A DNA stretch of 64,000 nt from a virus, in the IMG/VR virus record IMGVR_UViG_3300025849_000010, positions 32,001 through 96,000 of that record; one strand, written 5' to 3'. Shown here piece by piece: positions 40,130 to 48,915 of the stretch; position 1 is the stretch's first letter; the number at the start of each line of letters is the position of its first letter. Position numbers and translations under genes: made by a program. A model generated the notes under the pieces. The model was not told the DNA's origin and did no database searches. It saw only the letters and a list, made by a program, of their open reading frames with translations.

Positions 40130-42766
40130 TTATGTGGCATCTACTGGCGGTACTACATCAGTATTCGGACGTGGATCTTTAGATGTTATTAATCCGCCTC
40201 CGCTAGAACCAGCTGATACAGTCGGCGACGATAAATCAGATTGATTTCTTCGTCGAGTTAATGACAATCGTTGTTTAAATTCACCTTGATTAAATTCGTT
40301 AGTAACTGCGGTAACCATATAAAGTCCACTAAATGGAGACACTGGAACTGAATCACTTAACATTTCTATATATCCGCCTTGGCCACCATAGTCCAACGGT
40401 GTCCTAAAGTTTACTACAATGTCTATTTCATGTCTTTGATGATCCATAGTGCCATCTGCTGTTGCAGTAGTAGTCGGACCAAGATCAGCAGTATAATTTC
40501 CAAAGCCAGTATCTGACATAAAATACGGATCGCCTAAGATTGTCATATCCAACGTAACCATATCTGCTTGGCTATCTAATATTGCTTGATGGAACATTCT
40601 AGCATTTCTTATAGGGGCAGTTTCTTGACCAGCACCTACTGGCGCTACTGCACCGTTATATGTCGGACTAGTTTTTATTTCACTTGCGCCTTCTGCAGGA
40701 GTTTCGCCGCCGGCTGGGCTAACTGTGTTTCCGTCTTTATCTTCAACAGTTGTTTGTCCTGCATTTGCGTTTGCTCGGTTACCAAAGTCTGCTTGAAGCA
40801 CAGTATGGAATGCCATTTCAAACTCAATATTAAAATCTATAATATCTATGTTTTTGCCTGTGTAAATATAATTGTATACCTTAGTTACATTAGGAGCAAT
40901 GGATCCGTATCCTTTAGGTTGCTGCGTAGGCGCCATAAATTTACTAGAATGTACTTTAGTAGGAATAACTCTATAAACATACACTTTGCTTTCGCCGCCT
41001 TTTGCAGTATCAGATGCTTTACCTACTAGATATACTTGCGGATCAATTGTAAACCAATCAACCATTCCTTGATCGTCTACTCTTTCAGCAAATTCTTGTC
41101 CATACTTTGAAGATAAAATAACTTCTTCAATGATCTTTGTAATTTTAACGCCAGCTGGAAACGAAAACTCTCGTCTGTTTGCTGAAATAGTAGTGTTTCC
41201 ACGTTTGAATACATTGTTGTCTTTATCCCACGCTTCTGCAATTCCAGCTGGAGCCTGCGGAACATTTCCTCCACTAGTTTGATCAAATCCCATCAAGCTA
41301 GATCCAATGTCGTTTAAGCTAGCTTCGCCTTGCACTAAACTGTTAGTTTCACCTTCACGTGATGCTTGGACGCCGCCAATTTGGAACCCGTCAGCTGTTG
41401 CTTGTGCAGCCGATACTGCTGCTTCACCTTCAGAAGCACGTTCTTTAGCGGCTCCTAATGATTTTGGAGACGGTAATCCAGGTATTCTACTAAATGCATT
41501 TGAAAGTACTGAGCCAATTTCACCCGGAAGTGCTGCTAGATTATTAATAGTATCAATTGCTTGGCTAGCTATTTGATTAGCATTGTTTAGGTCTTGTTGT
41601 AAATTTTGCAGAGCAGGTGCGTTGACTCCCCATTGAGATAACGCACTAGATACTTCTCCAACTGCACCTTGTGTTACTGATGCTGCTTGGTTTATTGTTC
41701 CTAATAAAGTAGTTGCAGATTCAGCTGCTGATGATAATTTATCTAAGCCTCCTGTAACTGCACCTAGTCCCATTCCTGCGCCGCCAGCGCTATCTTTTGG
41801 AAATACTATGAATATTTCTTCAACTGGAGTTGATGGGTTGTCTTTAACCCTTGCTGCATATGCTTTGTTTATTACTGCGGTAAGACTATTGTCACCTTTT
41901 TGTAACATTTCTTGAACCGATCCAGTTCCTTCTTCAGGTCCTGATATAGTAATTGCACCTTGCGATTTGTTTACTTGGTCTGATGTTGCTTGCTCATTGT
42001 AAGGATATGCTCTGACAGCATACACGGTCCCTGCTTCGCTAACTCGCATCTTGGCTTCGTACAGTCTAATAGGTATAAATCTTTTTGCATCTGGAATATT
42101 CACTGTTTGGTCTTGGTCTGTATGTCCTACAAACTCAACAGTTAACAAGAACGGTGCCATTAAGTAGTTAGAATATCCACATGCTAGTGCTGCACTTTGT
42201 AAACTTTGTAAAAATAAACCCATTGATAGCGGTTCAGTTACTTCAAATGATATACCGTGTGCATTTGTAGTTCCTGTTAACGCTGTATTTGCCATGTGCG
42301 CTGCTATTTCAACGTTATCAATAAAGTATTCAACTTTGCCGTTTGATTCCCAGGAAGTAGTTGCTTTAGGGTTTGCTCCGCCGCCGCTTCTTAATATAAC
42401 TTGCCTAGCGCCATTAAACCTATATGTAGCATTGTTATACGAGTCACGTGTTAAGCAGCTAAGTTCAAAAATACAATTAAAACTTCTAAACTGATTTAAT
42501 ATGTTTGGCTTTGCCCCGGAAAAAACATTTCCAGTTGATAAAAAATTATTTAACGAACTGCCTTTAAACAGTTCTCCATTGAGTAATGATTTTGCATCAG
42601 AAACAATTGCTTTAGAAGCTGAAGCAATATTATTTCCTAGTTGTTTAATGTCGTCTACTACTTGGACTGCTTCATTCCAAGTTTGTTGAGCTTCTTCAAT
42701 TCTCTGGACGCCACTTTCTACTCGATTTATTCCCTCGAGTAATTTATCAACTGTAGGTCTTGCCAT
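40130..42766 (-). CDS. Baseplate hub/tail protein (gp27-like position)
   Basis: 878 aa between gp53 and gp5; C-terminal ILGDPY..FSGLYMVTAVTNEFNQGEFKQRLSLTR resembles hub proteins. Confidence 0.55.
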   Translation of the reverse strand: MARPTVDKLLEGINRVESGVQRIEEAQQTWNEAVQVVDDIKQLGNNIASASKAIVSDAKSLLNGELFKGSSLNNFLSTGNVFSGAKPNILNQFRSFNCIFELSCLTRDSYNNATYRFNGARQVILRSGGGANPKATTSWESNGKVEYFIDNVEIAAHMANTALTGTTNAHGISFEVTEPLSMGLFLQSLQSAALACGYSNYLMAPFLLTVEFVGHTDQDQTVNIPDAKRFIPIRLYEAKMRVSEAGTVYAVRAYPYNEQATSDQVNKSQGAITISGPEEGTGSVQEMLQKGDNSLTAVINKAYAARVKDNPSTPVEEIFIVFPKDSAGGAGMGLGAVTGGLDKLSSAAESATTLLGTINQAASVTQGAVGEVSSALSQWGVNAPALQNLQQDLNNANQIASQAIDTINNLAALPGEIGSVLSNAFSRIPGLPSPKSLGAAKERASEGEAAVSAAQATADGFQIGGVQASREGETNSLVQGEASLNDIGSSLMGFDQTSGGNVPQAPAGIAEAWDKDNNVFKRGNTTISANRREFSFPAGVKITKIIEEVILSSKYGQEFAERVDDQGMVDWFTIDPQVYLVGKASDTAKGGESKVYVYRVIPTKVHSSKFMAPTQQPKGYGSIAPNVTKVYNYIYTGKNIDIIDFNIEFEMAFHTVLQADFGNRANANAGQTTVEDKDGNTVSPAGGETPAEGASEIKTSPTYNGAVAPVGAGQETAPIRNARMFHQAILDSQADMVTLDMTILGDPYFMSDTGFGNYTADLGPTTTATADGTMDHQRHEIDIVVNFRTPLDYGGQGGYIEMLSDSVPVSPFSGLYMVTAVTNEFNQGEFKQRLSLTRRRNQSDLSSPTVSAGSSGGGLITSKDPRPNTDVVPPVDAT

Positions 42767-42767
42767 A

Positions 42768-43076
42768 TTAAACTCCTAGTGCTCTTAGTAAGTTATCTTT
42801 TTTTGGCAAAAATATTCGAACACCTGGCTTAAAATCAAAAATAGGATCTTGTAATACGTCCATATTTCTCTGTGCAAAAACCCACCACAGTTTAGGAGTA
42901 CCGTAAATGTCAAACGATAGTAAATCTGGTCTATATATGTACTGTGGTTCTAGTTCATAGAGTATATCATCTGATTCAGACGGAATTGTTCTAATTTCAA
43001 AGTAGCTTAAATTACCCGACCCTGAAAATTTTGTATTTGACCAAGGACTTGATTTTGAATATTGTGCTGATGCCAT
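42768..43076 (-). CDS. Baseplate wedge protein, gp53/LysM-like
   Basis: YRPDLLSFDIYGTPKLWWVFAQRN..DPIFDF. Confidence 0.85.
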   Translation of the reverse strand: MASAQYSKSSPWSNTKFSGSGNLSYFEIRTIPSESDDILYELEPQYIYRPDLLSFDIYGTPKLWWVFAQRNMDVLQDPIFDFKPGVRIFLPKKDNLLRALGV

Positions 43077-43942
43077 TAAATGTAACCTCCGCCTTTAACA
43101 AGATCGCCGTTGACGAATCCTCTAAGACTAAATTTCTCTTGTTCTCTTCTACTATAGGATGGTACTAATGTAATACTAACCATACTTGATACCGGAACGT
43201 GTACATTACCATTTCCTGGTCTTGGAATTGCTCCTCCTGATACTTGAGATGCAATATTTGCTGCACTTGCTAGTGAACTAGATGCACCGTCGGTGCTAAT
43301 TGAAATATAATCAGTGTCTGGCGATAAATCTAGTGTAAAGTTACTAACTACAACCGGAACATTGTTGAAAACATAATCACCGTATCCGCTAAATCTTAAT
43401 ACAGGCGGCGGCGATCCTTGCTCTGAACCATTATCTGAACCATATGCCATTTTAGTTACACTTCTTAGATAGTGCAACATTCCTAGCCAATACAATCCTT
43501 CTTCAGCTGTTTCATTAAAAAACTGACCTGATACTGTAATCTGCTCCACAGCACTATTACGGTATGCTTGAATAGGATATATACTATGTGTAGGTGATAT
43601 TGCATTGTAATTTGCACTGTGTACTATGTTAACTGTAGGAGTAAAAGGAAAGACTAAGCCGTTTGTTTTACGTAGCGGTGCTATTAAAGGACTAGATAAA
43701 AAAGCTGACGTTGATGGCATTGATAATCTAACTCGCCAATCGCCGGAACTTGGAAAATTTGCAGTAGCTGATCCACCGCTTGCAGATCCATTTAATAATC
43801 CTAACAAAGATCTACTAGTTCTAAGGACACGCCCGATGTTTCCGGATTGTATATCCTGTCCTAACTGCGCAGTTGTTCGCAATCCTGTGCTAACTGTATT
43901 AGCTGTTTGCTGAACTGTGTTGAGTACTTTTCTAAATGACAT
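43076..43942 (-). CDS. Tail tube initiator / baseplate protein (gp48/gp54-like)
   Basis: GLVFPFTP, ITVSGQF, GSPPPVLRFSGYG..FNNVPVVVSNF; precedes gp53. Confidence 0.6.
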   Translation of the reverse strand: MSFRKVLNTVQQTANTVSTGLRTTAQLGQDIQSGNIGRVLRTSRSLLGLLNGSASGGSATANFPSSGDWRVRLSMPSTSAFLSSPLIAPLRKTNGLVFPFTPTVNIVHSANYNAISPTHSIYPIQAYRNSAVEQITVSGQFFNETAEEGLYWLGMLHYLRSVTKMAYGSDNGSEQGSPPPVLRFSGYGDYVFNNVPVVVSNFTLDLSPDTDYISISTDGASSSLASAANIASQVSGGAIPRPGNGNVHVPVSSMVSITLVPSYSRREQEKFSLRGFVNGDLVKGGGYI

Positions 43943-43961
43943 AATGCGTTCTCCTATACAT

Positions 43962-43967
43962 TATTTA
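43962..43967 (-). promoter_or_regulatory. Late promoter (TAAATA) at the head of the baseplate/tail operon
   Basis: Minus strand TAAATA, then AGGAG SD, then ATG at 43942. Confidence 0.65.
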
Positions 43968-43968
43968 G

Positions 43969-43997
43969 TTGACTTTATTAACAGAGTATATTATACT
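43969..43997 (+). promoter_or_regulatory. Sigma70-like promoter for the late sigma gene
   Basis: TTGACT (43969-74), 17 nt, TATACT (43992-97); AGGAG SD follows. Confidence 0.75.
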
Positions 43998-44021
43998 AGT
44001 AGTTGAACCCTAGGAGATCCA

Positions 44022-44849
44022 ATGAAAAGAGTAAATTATCTTAACAACAAGGACATACTGTCCGAAATACATAAGTCAAAGGCAACTTTTTGCTCTTATG
44101 TAGACCCAGATTACAATCAGTTTGACATAATTTTGCCAAGTACTGATAAAATTAATCATCTTACTATCGCAGAAGCAAAGCGCAACAAAGTAAAACGCCT
44201 TAGCACTGCTGAGTATGACCGACGTAAAGCTAATGGCGAGAAGGTCAAGCAAGCTGAATGTGAAGTAGACTATAAAAGTATTACAAAGGAAGAATTAATC
44301 TTCCGTATCATGACGTTTGATCACATTCCAGACGAACCCGGAAGAAAGAAAAATCCAAAAACAGATGCAGACCGTAAAGTAAAGTTAAACTTTCCGCCAT
44401 TTCAGCATTACAAGTTTGACGACGAAGGAAACCTTGTGTGTGTAGGAAAATCACACTGGGAAGGCGGTATGGAGAATGGTTGCTTTAATCATAAACACGG
44501 TAAAGCTACAAATAAGTTAGCTCTTATGTGGATGAAGCTGTGTGATCGGTATGCTACTCGCGGTAATGTACGTGGATACACTTACAATGATGAGATGCGC
44601 GGACAAGCTATCCTACAGTTAGCACAGATTGGTTTGCAGTTTGACGAATCAAAGTCTAATAATCCGTTTGCATACTATACTGCTGCTGTTACTAACAGTT
44701 TTGTACGTGTTATCAACATTGAAAAGCGTAATCAAAACATTCGAGATGATATCTTAGAAGCAAATGGCATGAATCCGAGCTTTACACGAACTGGTAATGC
44801 AGAATGGGAAGCTAGTTTGGCAAGAGACGCCAACAATGCCCCCGATTAA
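44022..44849 (+). CDS. Late-transcription sigma factor, T4 gp55-like
   Basis: NYLNNKD N-terminus, RGYTYNDEM, FDESKSNNPFAYYT..NSF.R.I..EK; synteny with gp47/46. Confidence 0.85.
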   Translation: MKRVNYLNNKDILSEIHKSKATFCSYVDPDYNQFDIILPSTDKINHLTIAEAKRNKVKRLSTAEYDRRKANGEKVKQAECEVDYKSITKEELIFRIMTFDHIPDEPGRKKNPKTDADRKVKLNFPPFQHYKFDDEGNLVCVGKSHWEGGMENGCFNHKHGKATNKLALMWMKLCDRYATRGNVRGYTYNDEMRGQAILQLAQIGLQFDESKSNNPFAYYTAAVTNSFVRVINIEKRNQNIRDDILEANGMNPSFTRTGNAEWEASLARDANNAPD

Positions 44850-44852
44850 TGG

Positions 44853-44881
44853 TTGACTTTACTGCTAAAGTGTAGTATTAT
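44853..44881 (+). promoter_or_regulatory. Sigma70-like promoter for gp47/gp46
   Basis: TTGACT (44853-58), 17 nt, TATTAT (44876-81). Confidence 0.65.
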
Positions 44882-44911
44882 TAATGTATTAAATTATAGG
44901 AGAAGTCTGAC

Positions 44912-45922
44912 TTGTTTAAGAAAGCAGCAGTTTTTACAGATATCCACTTTGGATTAAAAGGCAACAGTCGAACACACAATGACGACTGTGAAGAATTTGT
45001 AGATTGGTATATTGAACAGGCAAAAGCTAACGGTTGCGAAACTGGTATCTTCTGCGGAGACTGGCATCACAATCGCAATAGCTTAAATCTTACAACTATG
45101 GACGCTACTATTAGGTCTTTAGAAAAACTAGGTAAAGCATTTGACAAGTTCTATATGTTTGTTGGCAACCATGACTTGTACTACAAAGACAAGCGTGACG
45201 TAACATCAACCATGTTCGGACGTCATATTCCAGGGATTACTATCGTAGACGAGATGTATGAAGAGGACGATGTTGCACTTGTTCCGTGGCTAGTAGGCGA
45301 TGAGTGGAAGAAAATTCAAAAGTGCAAAGCAAAATATATGTTTGGACACTTTGAACTTCCTAACTTTTATATGAACGCACTTGTAAAGATGCCTGATCAC
45401 GGTGAACTGCGTCCAGAAAACTTTGCTAATCAAAAATATGTATTCAGTGGACACTTCCATAAGCGTCAAGTACAAGGATCAATTCATTACATCGGCAATG
45501 CATTTCCACACAACTATGCAGATGCGTGGGACGATGATCGCGGTATGATGATTCTTGATCGACAAAACGATGCAGAGCCCGAATACATTAATTGGCCCAA
45601 CTGTCCTAAGTATCGTACAATTAAACTAAGCAGACTAATTGACGAACAAGATACATTTATTAAGAGCAAGATGTATCTTCGTGTTGAATTAGATCTTCCT
45701 ATCAGCTTCGAAGAAGCAAGTTTTATTAAAGAAACTTTCTTAACAGGCTATGACTGTAGAGAGATTACTTTAATTCCGCAGAAGCAGTTAGAAGAAATAT
45801 CAACTGAACTAGACATTGCACAATTTGAAAGTGTTGATCAAATTGTTGCAGGTGAGATTTCTGCACTAGACACTGAAAACTTTAATAAGAAGATGCTACT
45901 TGACATCTATAACGAGCTATAA
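44912..45922 (+). CDS. Recombination nuclease, gp47/Mre11/SbcD-like
   Basis: Metallophosphoesterase motifs TDIH, GDWH, GNHD, GH, SGHFH. Confidence 0.92.
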   Translation: MFKKAAVFTDIHFGLKGNSRTHNDDCEEFVDWYIEQAKANGCETGIFCGDWHHNRNSLNLTTMDATIRSLEKLGKAFDKFYMFVGNHDLYYKDKRDVTSTMFGRHIPGITIVDEMYEEDDVALVPWLVGDEWKKIQKCKAKYMFGHFELPNFYMNALVKMPDHGELRPENFANQKYVFSGHFHKRQVQGSIHYIGNAFPHNYADAWDDDRGMMILDRQNDAEPEYINWPNCPKYRTIKLSRLIDEQDTFIKSKMYLRVELDLPISFEEASFIKETFLTGYDCREITLIPQKQLEEISTELDIAQFESVDQIVAGEISALDTENFNKKMLLDIYNEL

Positions 45923-47695
45923 ATGATTAAAATTAAAGACTTAACCGTAAAGAATTTTATGAGCGTGGGCAATCAAACCCAAGCAGTTGCTTTTAACAAA
46001 GAGCAACTTACGCTTGTACTAGGCGAGAATTTGGACCAAGGTGGTGACGATACAGGATCACGTAATGGTACAGGTAAAACTACTATCATTAATGCTCTGT
46101 CATATGCGCTGTACGGACAGGCACTTACAAACATTAAACGCAACAATTTAATTAACAAAACTAACTCAAAAGGCATGCTAGTTACACTGCACTTTGAAAA
46201 GAACGGTGTTGATTATCGTATTGAACGCGGACGTTCTCCTAACGTACTCAAGTTCTTCATCAACGGCGAAGAGCAAGCAATGATCGACGAGTCACAGGGC
46301 GACAGTCGCAAGACACAAGAAACAATTAACGAGTTGTTGGACATGTCGCACGATATGTTTAAACATATTGTTGCACTTAACACATACACTGAACCGTTCC
46401 TTAGTATGCGTACTAATGATCAAAGAGCTATTATCGAGCAGTTGCTTGGTATTACTATCCTTTCTGAAAAGGCAACTAATCTTAAAGATCAAATCCGTGT
46501 AACTAAAGATGCCATCACGAGCGAAACTCTTAAAATTGATGCGATACAAACTGCTAATAGTAAAATTGAATCAACTATTAATAGTTTAGGTCGTACACAA
46601 CGTGCTTGGCTGTCTAAAAAAGAACAAGACTGTGCAAAATTGTTGCAAGGTATTACAGAATTAGAGAAACTTGATATCGAAGTTGAACTTGAATCGCATG
46701 AAAAGTTGTCTAACTGGACGCAACATAACAACGCTATTATGGCTCTTAAAAAAGAATTAAGCACATTAGAGCCAGCACTATTACGTGCCGACAAGTCTGT
46801 TGAAAAAGCCAAAAAAGACATCGCAGATCTTGAAGATGCAACATGTTATACATGCGGACAAGAACTTCACGCAGATAAAAAAGCAGAGATTGCAGCTCGC
46901 AAAGACAAAGAACTTGTCGACGCTAAATCATATGCTGAAGAAATTACAGGAAAAGTAAAAGAAGTTGCGTTTGCACTTGAAGAGATTGGTGACATCAATG
47001 GCAAGCCTACAACGTTCTATGAAAGTGCCAAAGAAGCATATGACCATAGACAAAATGTTGACAGTTTGAAGCAAGCACTGTCAAACAAACAACAAGAAAC
47101 TGATCCGTATCAAACACAAATTGACGAGCTAAACAATAGTGCAATGCAAGCAATTGATTGGTCAGCTGTTAATGAACTGACAGAGTTTAAAGAGCATCAA
47201 GAATTTTTACTTAAACTTCTAACTAACAAAGATAGTTTTATTCGTAAAAAGATTATTGATCAAAACTTAGCATATCTTAACAACAGACTTACATATTATC
47301 TTGACAAGCTAGGACTGCCGCATCAAGTTCAATTCTTAAATGATTTGAACGTAGAAATTACACAGCTAGGACAGGACTTAGACTTTGATAACCTGTCAAG
47401 AGGTGAGCGCAACAGACTTATCTTAGGCCTGAGCTTTGCATTCCGTGACGTTTGGGAATCATTGTATCAAGGTGTTAACTTATTATTCATTGATGAACTT
47501 ATCGACTCGGGCATGGACACAGCCGGTGTTGAAAGTGCGTTGAGCGTACTTAAAAAGATGGGACGTGAACGAGATAAGAATGTATTCCTTATTTCACATA
47601 AAGACGAGCTTATCGGACGAGTTAATCATGTTATGAGAGTTGTAAAAGAAAACGGATTTACAAACTATGAAAACGATATTGATATTGTTGAATAA
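45923..47695 (+). CDS. Recombination ATPase, gp46/Rad50/SbcC-like
   Basis: Walker A NGTGKTT, coiled coil with CYTC zinc hook, LSRGE signature, LLFIDE Walker B, ISH. Confidence 0.93.
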   Translation: MIKIKDLTVKNFMSVGNQTQAVAFNKEQLTLVLGENLDQGGDDTGSRNGTGKTTIINALSYALYGQALTNIKRNNLINKTNSKGMLVTLHFEKNGVDYRIERGRSPNVLKFFINGEEQAMIDESQGDSRKTQETINELLDMSHDMFKHIVALNTYTEPFLSMRTNDQRAIIEQLLGITILSEKATNLKDQIRVTKDAITSETLKIDAIQTANSKIESTINSLGRTQRAWLSKKEQDCAKLLQGITELEKLDIEVELESHEKLSNWTQHNNAIMALKKELSTLEPALLRADKSVEKAKKDIADLEDATCYTCGQELHADKKAEIAARKDKELVDAKSYAEEITGKVKEVAFALEEIGDINGKPTTFYESAKEAYDHRQNVDSLKQALSNKQQETDPYQTQIDELNNSAMQAIDWSAVNELTEFKEHQEFLLKLLTNKDSFIRKKIIDQNLAYLNNRLTYYLDKLGLPHQVQFLNDLNVEITQLGQDLDFDNLSRGERNRLILGLSFAFRDVWESLYQGVNLLFIDELIDSGMDTAGVESALSVLKKMGRERDKNVFLISHKDELIGRVNHVMRVVKENGFTNYENDIDIVE

Positions 47696-47706
47696 AGAGA
47701 ATGTAG

Positions 47707-47910
47707 ATGGACGACAACGACACACACGATAAGTTAACGCAAATGTATTTAGAATACTTCAAGGCAAATGAAAAATTCGAAGCTCGCAACTCCGTACGTA
47801 CTCATAGAGAAGTACGGAGATGCCTTCGAGACATGAGACAGCTTGCTAAAGAGCGTTCTGAAGAAATACATATTAAGCATAATACTACAAGAAAAACCAA
47901 GACCGACTAA
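47707..47910 (+). CDS. Small helical, charged hypothetical protein
   Basis: 67-aa ORF filling the gap after gp46; Arg/Lys/Glu-rich, possibly DNA-binding. Confidence 0.55.
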   Translation: MDDNDTHDKLTQMYLEYFKANEKFEARNSVRTHREVRRCLRDMRQLAKERSEEIHIKHNTTRKTKTD

Positions 47911-47938
47911 GGCAATTAAGGCAAATGTTAAGTACATT

Positions 47939-48373
47939 ATGCATTGGACTTATGAAGGAAAACAAATTGAAGAACTGCCAGAAGGCTGCGAAGCATTTGT
48001 TTATCTTATCACAAACAAGACTAATGGCATGATGTACGTAGGCAAAAAACTAGCAAAGTTTAAGGTAACTAAACCACCGCTCAAAGGCAAAAAGAATAAG
48101 AGACGTTCAACAAAAGAAAGTGATTGGAGAGATTACTGGGGTTCCAGTGATAGACTTAACGCAGACGTTGAACGGTTAGGCGCAGAAAATTTCACAAGAG
48201 AAATATTACATATTTGTCCGAGCAGAGGCATAGCAAGTTATTTAGAGGCCCGCGAACAGTTTGAACGCAGAGTACTTGAAACAGATCAATACTACAACGG
48301 TATTATCAATGTACGAGTCGGCGGTTCAACTATTCTCAAAGAACATCTCAAAAACAATCCACCACAGGCATAA
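47939..48373 (+). CDS. GIY-YIG-like nuclease-fold protein
   Basis: AFVYLITNKTNGMMYVGKK..YWGSS..FTREIL..LEAREQ..YYN. Start taken as ATG 47939 (MHWTYEG), since the longer ORF overlaps the previous gene. Confidence 0.7.
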   Translation: MHWTYEGKQIEELPEGCEAFVYLITNKTNGMMYVGKKLAKFKVTKPPLKGKKNKRRSTKESDWRDYWGSSDRLNADVERLGAENFTREILHICPSRGIASYLEAREQFERRVLETDQYYNGIINVRVGGSTILKEHLKNNPPQA

Positions 48374-48790
48374 TCAATACAGCACATAAGGTTAGCGGGC
48401 CAGTTTGTAATACCGCTGTGGAAAAGGTCCCCTGAGAAGGACACACGTAACATATTGATCGACTACCCAGAGGTAGGAAGCCATCAAACAAATTGGGCTC
48501 ACTGGTTGATATAGATTGATTGCTGTCAGTCGAAAAACTGCAAATTACACATAAAAACTCTTTAGCAATAGGAACGAAGCGAGAGGTAGTTGGAAACAAC
48601 GATGTCGACGTAGGTTGGGAAAGGTCAGAGCCCATTGTGTAGCAGTATAACAAACACCTACTTCCAATGTCTAGGCTGGATAAGACTCACATGAAGCTTT
48701 TCTTTTAGACGACGGGGCCGTAACAGGTTCCGTCTGACTGAAACGATCTACATGAAACTTAAACATTATTACATTCGTAATAATGCAATT
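48374..48790 (+). ncRNA. Candidate large structured non-coding RNA (unassigned)
   Basis: No credible ORF; many hairpins with G-U pairs and GNRA loops plus long-range complementarity (see findings). Confidence 0.5.
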
Positions 48791-48915
48791 ATATCATATA
48801 TTAAATCATTTAAATTAAACGAAGTGATGTAGTTTGAGCGTTAGCGATAACTAAAATGAGCTTTAGCTCATTTCTAACATAAATACATTTAAGTAATAGC
48901 TTATTAGGACATCTC

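Noticed and set aside
7774-42689. Many 60-150 aa antisense or alternate-frame ORFs inside structural genes
   Set aside because: Fully nested in long, well-supported genes and explained by codon bias on the coding strand.
47843-47938. N-terminal extension of the GIY-YIG-like ORF given in the track
   Set aside because: Overlaps the 67-aa gene; ATG 47939 after TAAGTA is more plausible. The same applies to 54766-54849 overlapping the portal gene.
47939-48373. Mobile homing endonuclease within an intron
   Set aside because: Flanking genes are intact, no group I/II core motifs were recognised, and the ORF lacks an obvious C-terminal DNA-binding extension.
48415-48432. GGAAAAGGTCC resembling the RNase P RNA GGAAAGUC motif
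   Set aside because: I could not find the matching 3' P4 strand or a closing P1 helix; the region is left as an unassigned ncRNA candidate.
48348-48653. 101-aa minus-strand ORF over the structured region
   Set aside because: No SD or recognisable motif, atypical composition, and it overlaps the GIY-YIG-like gene end; probably spurious.
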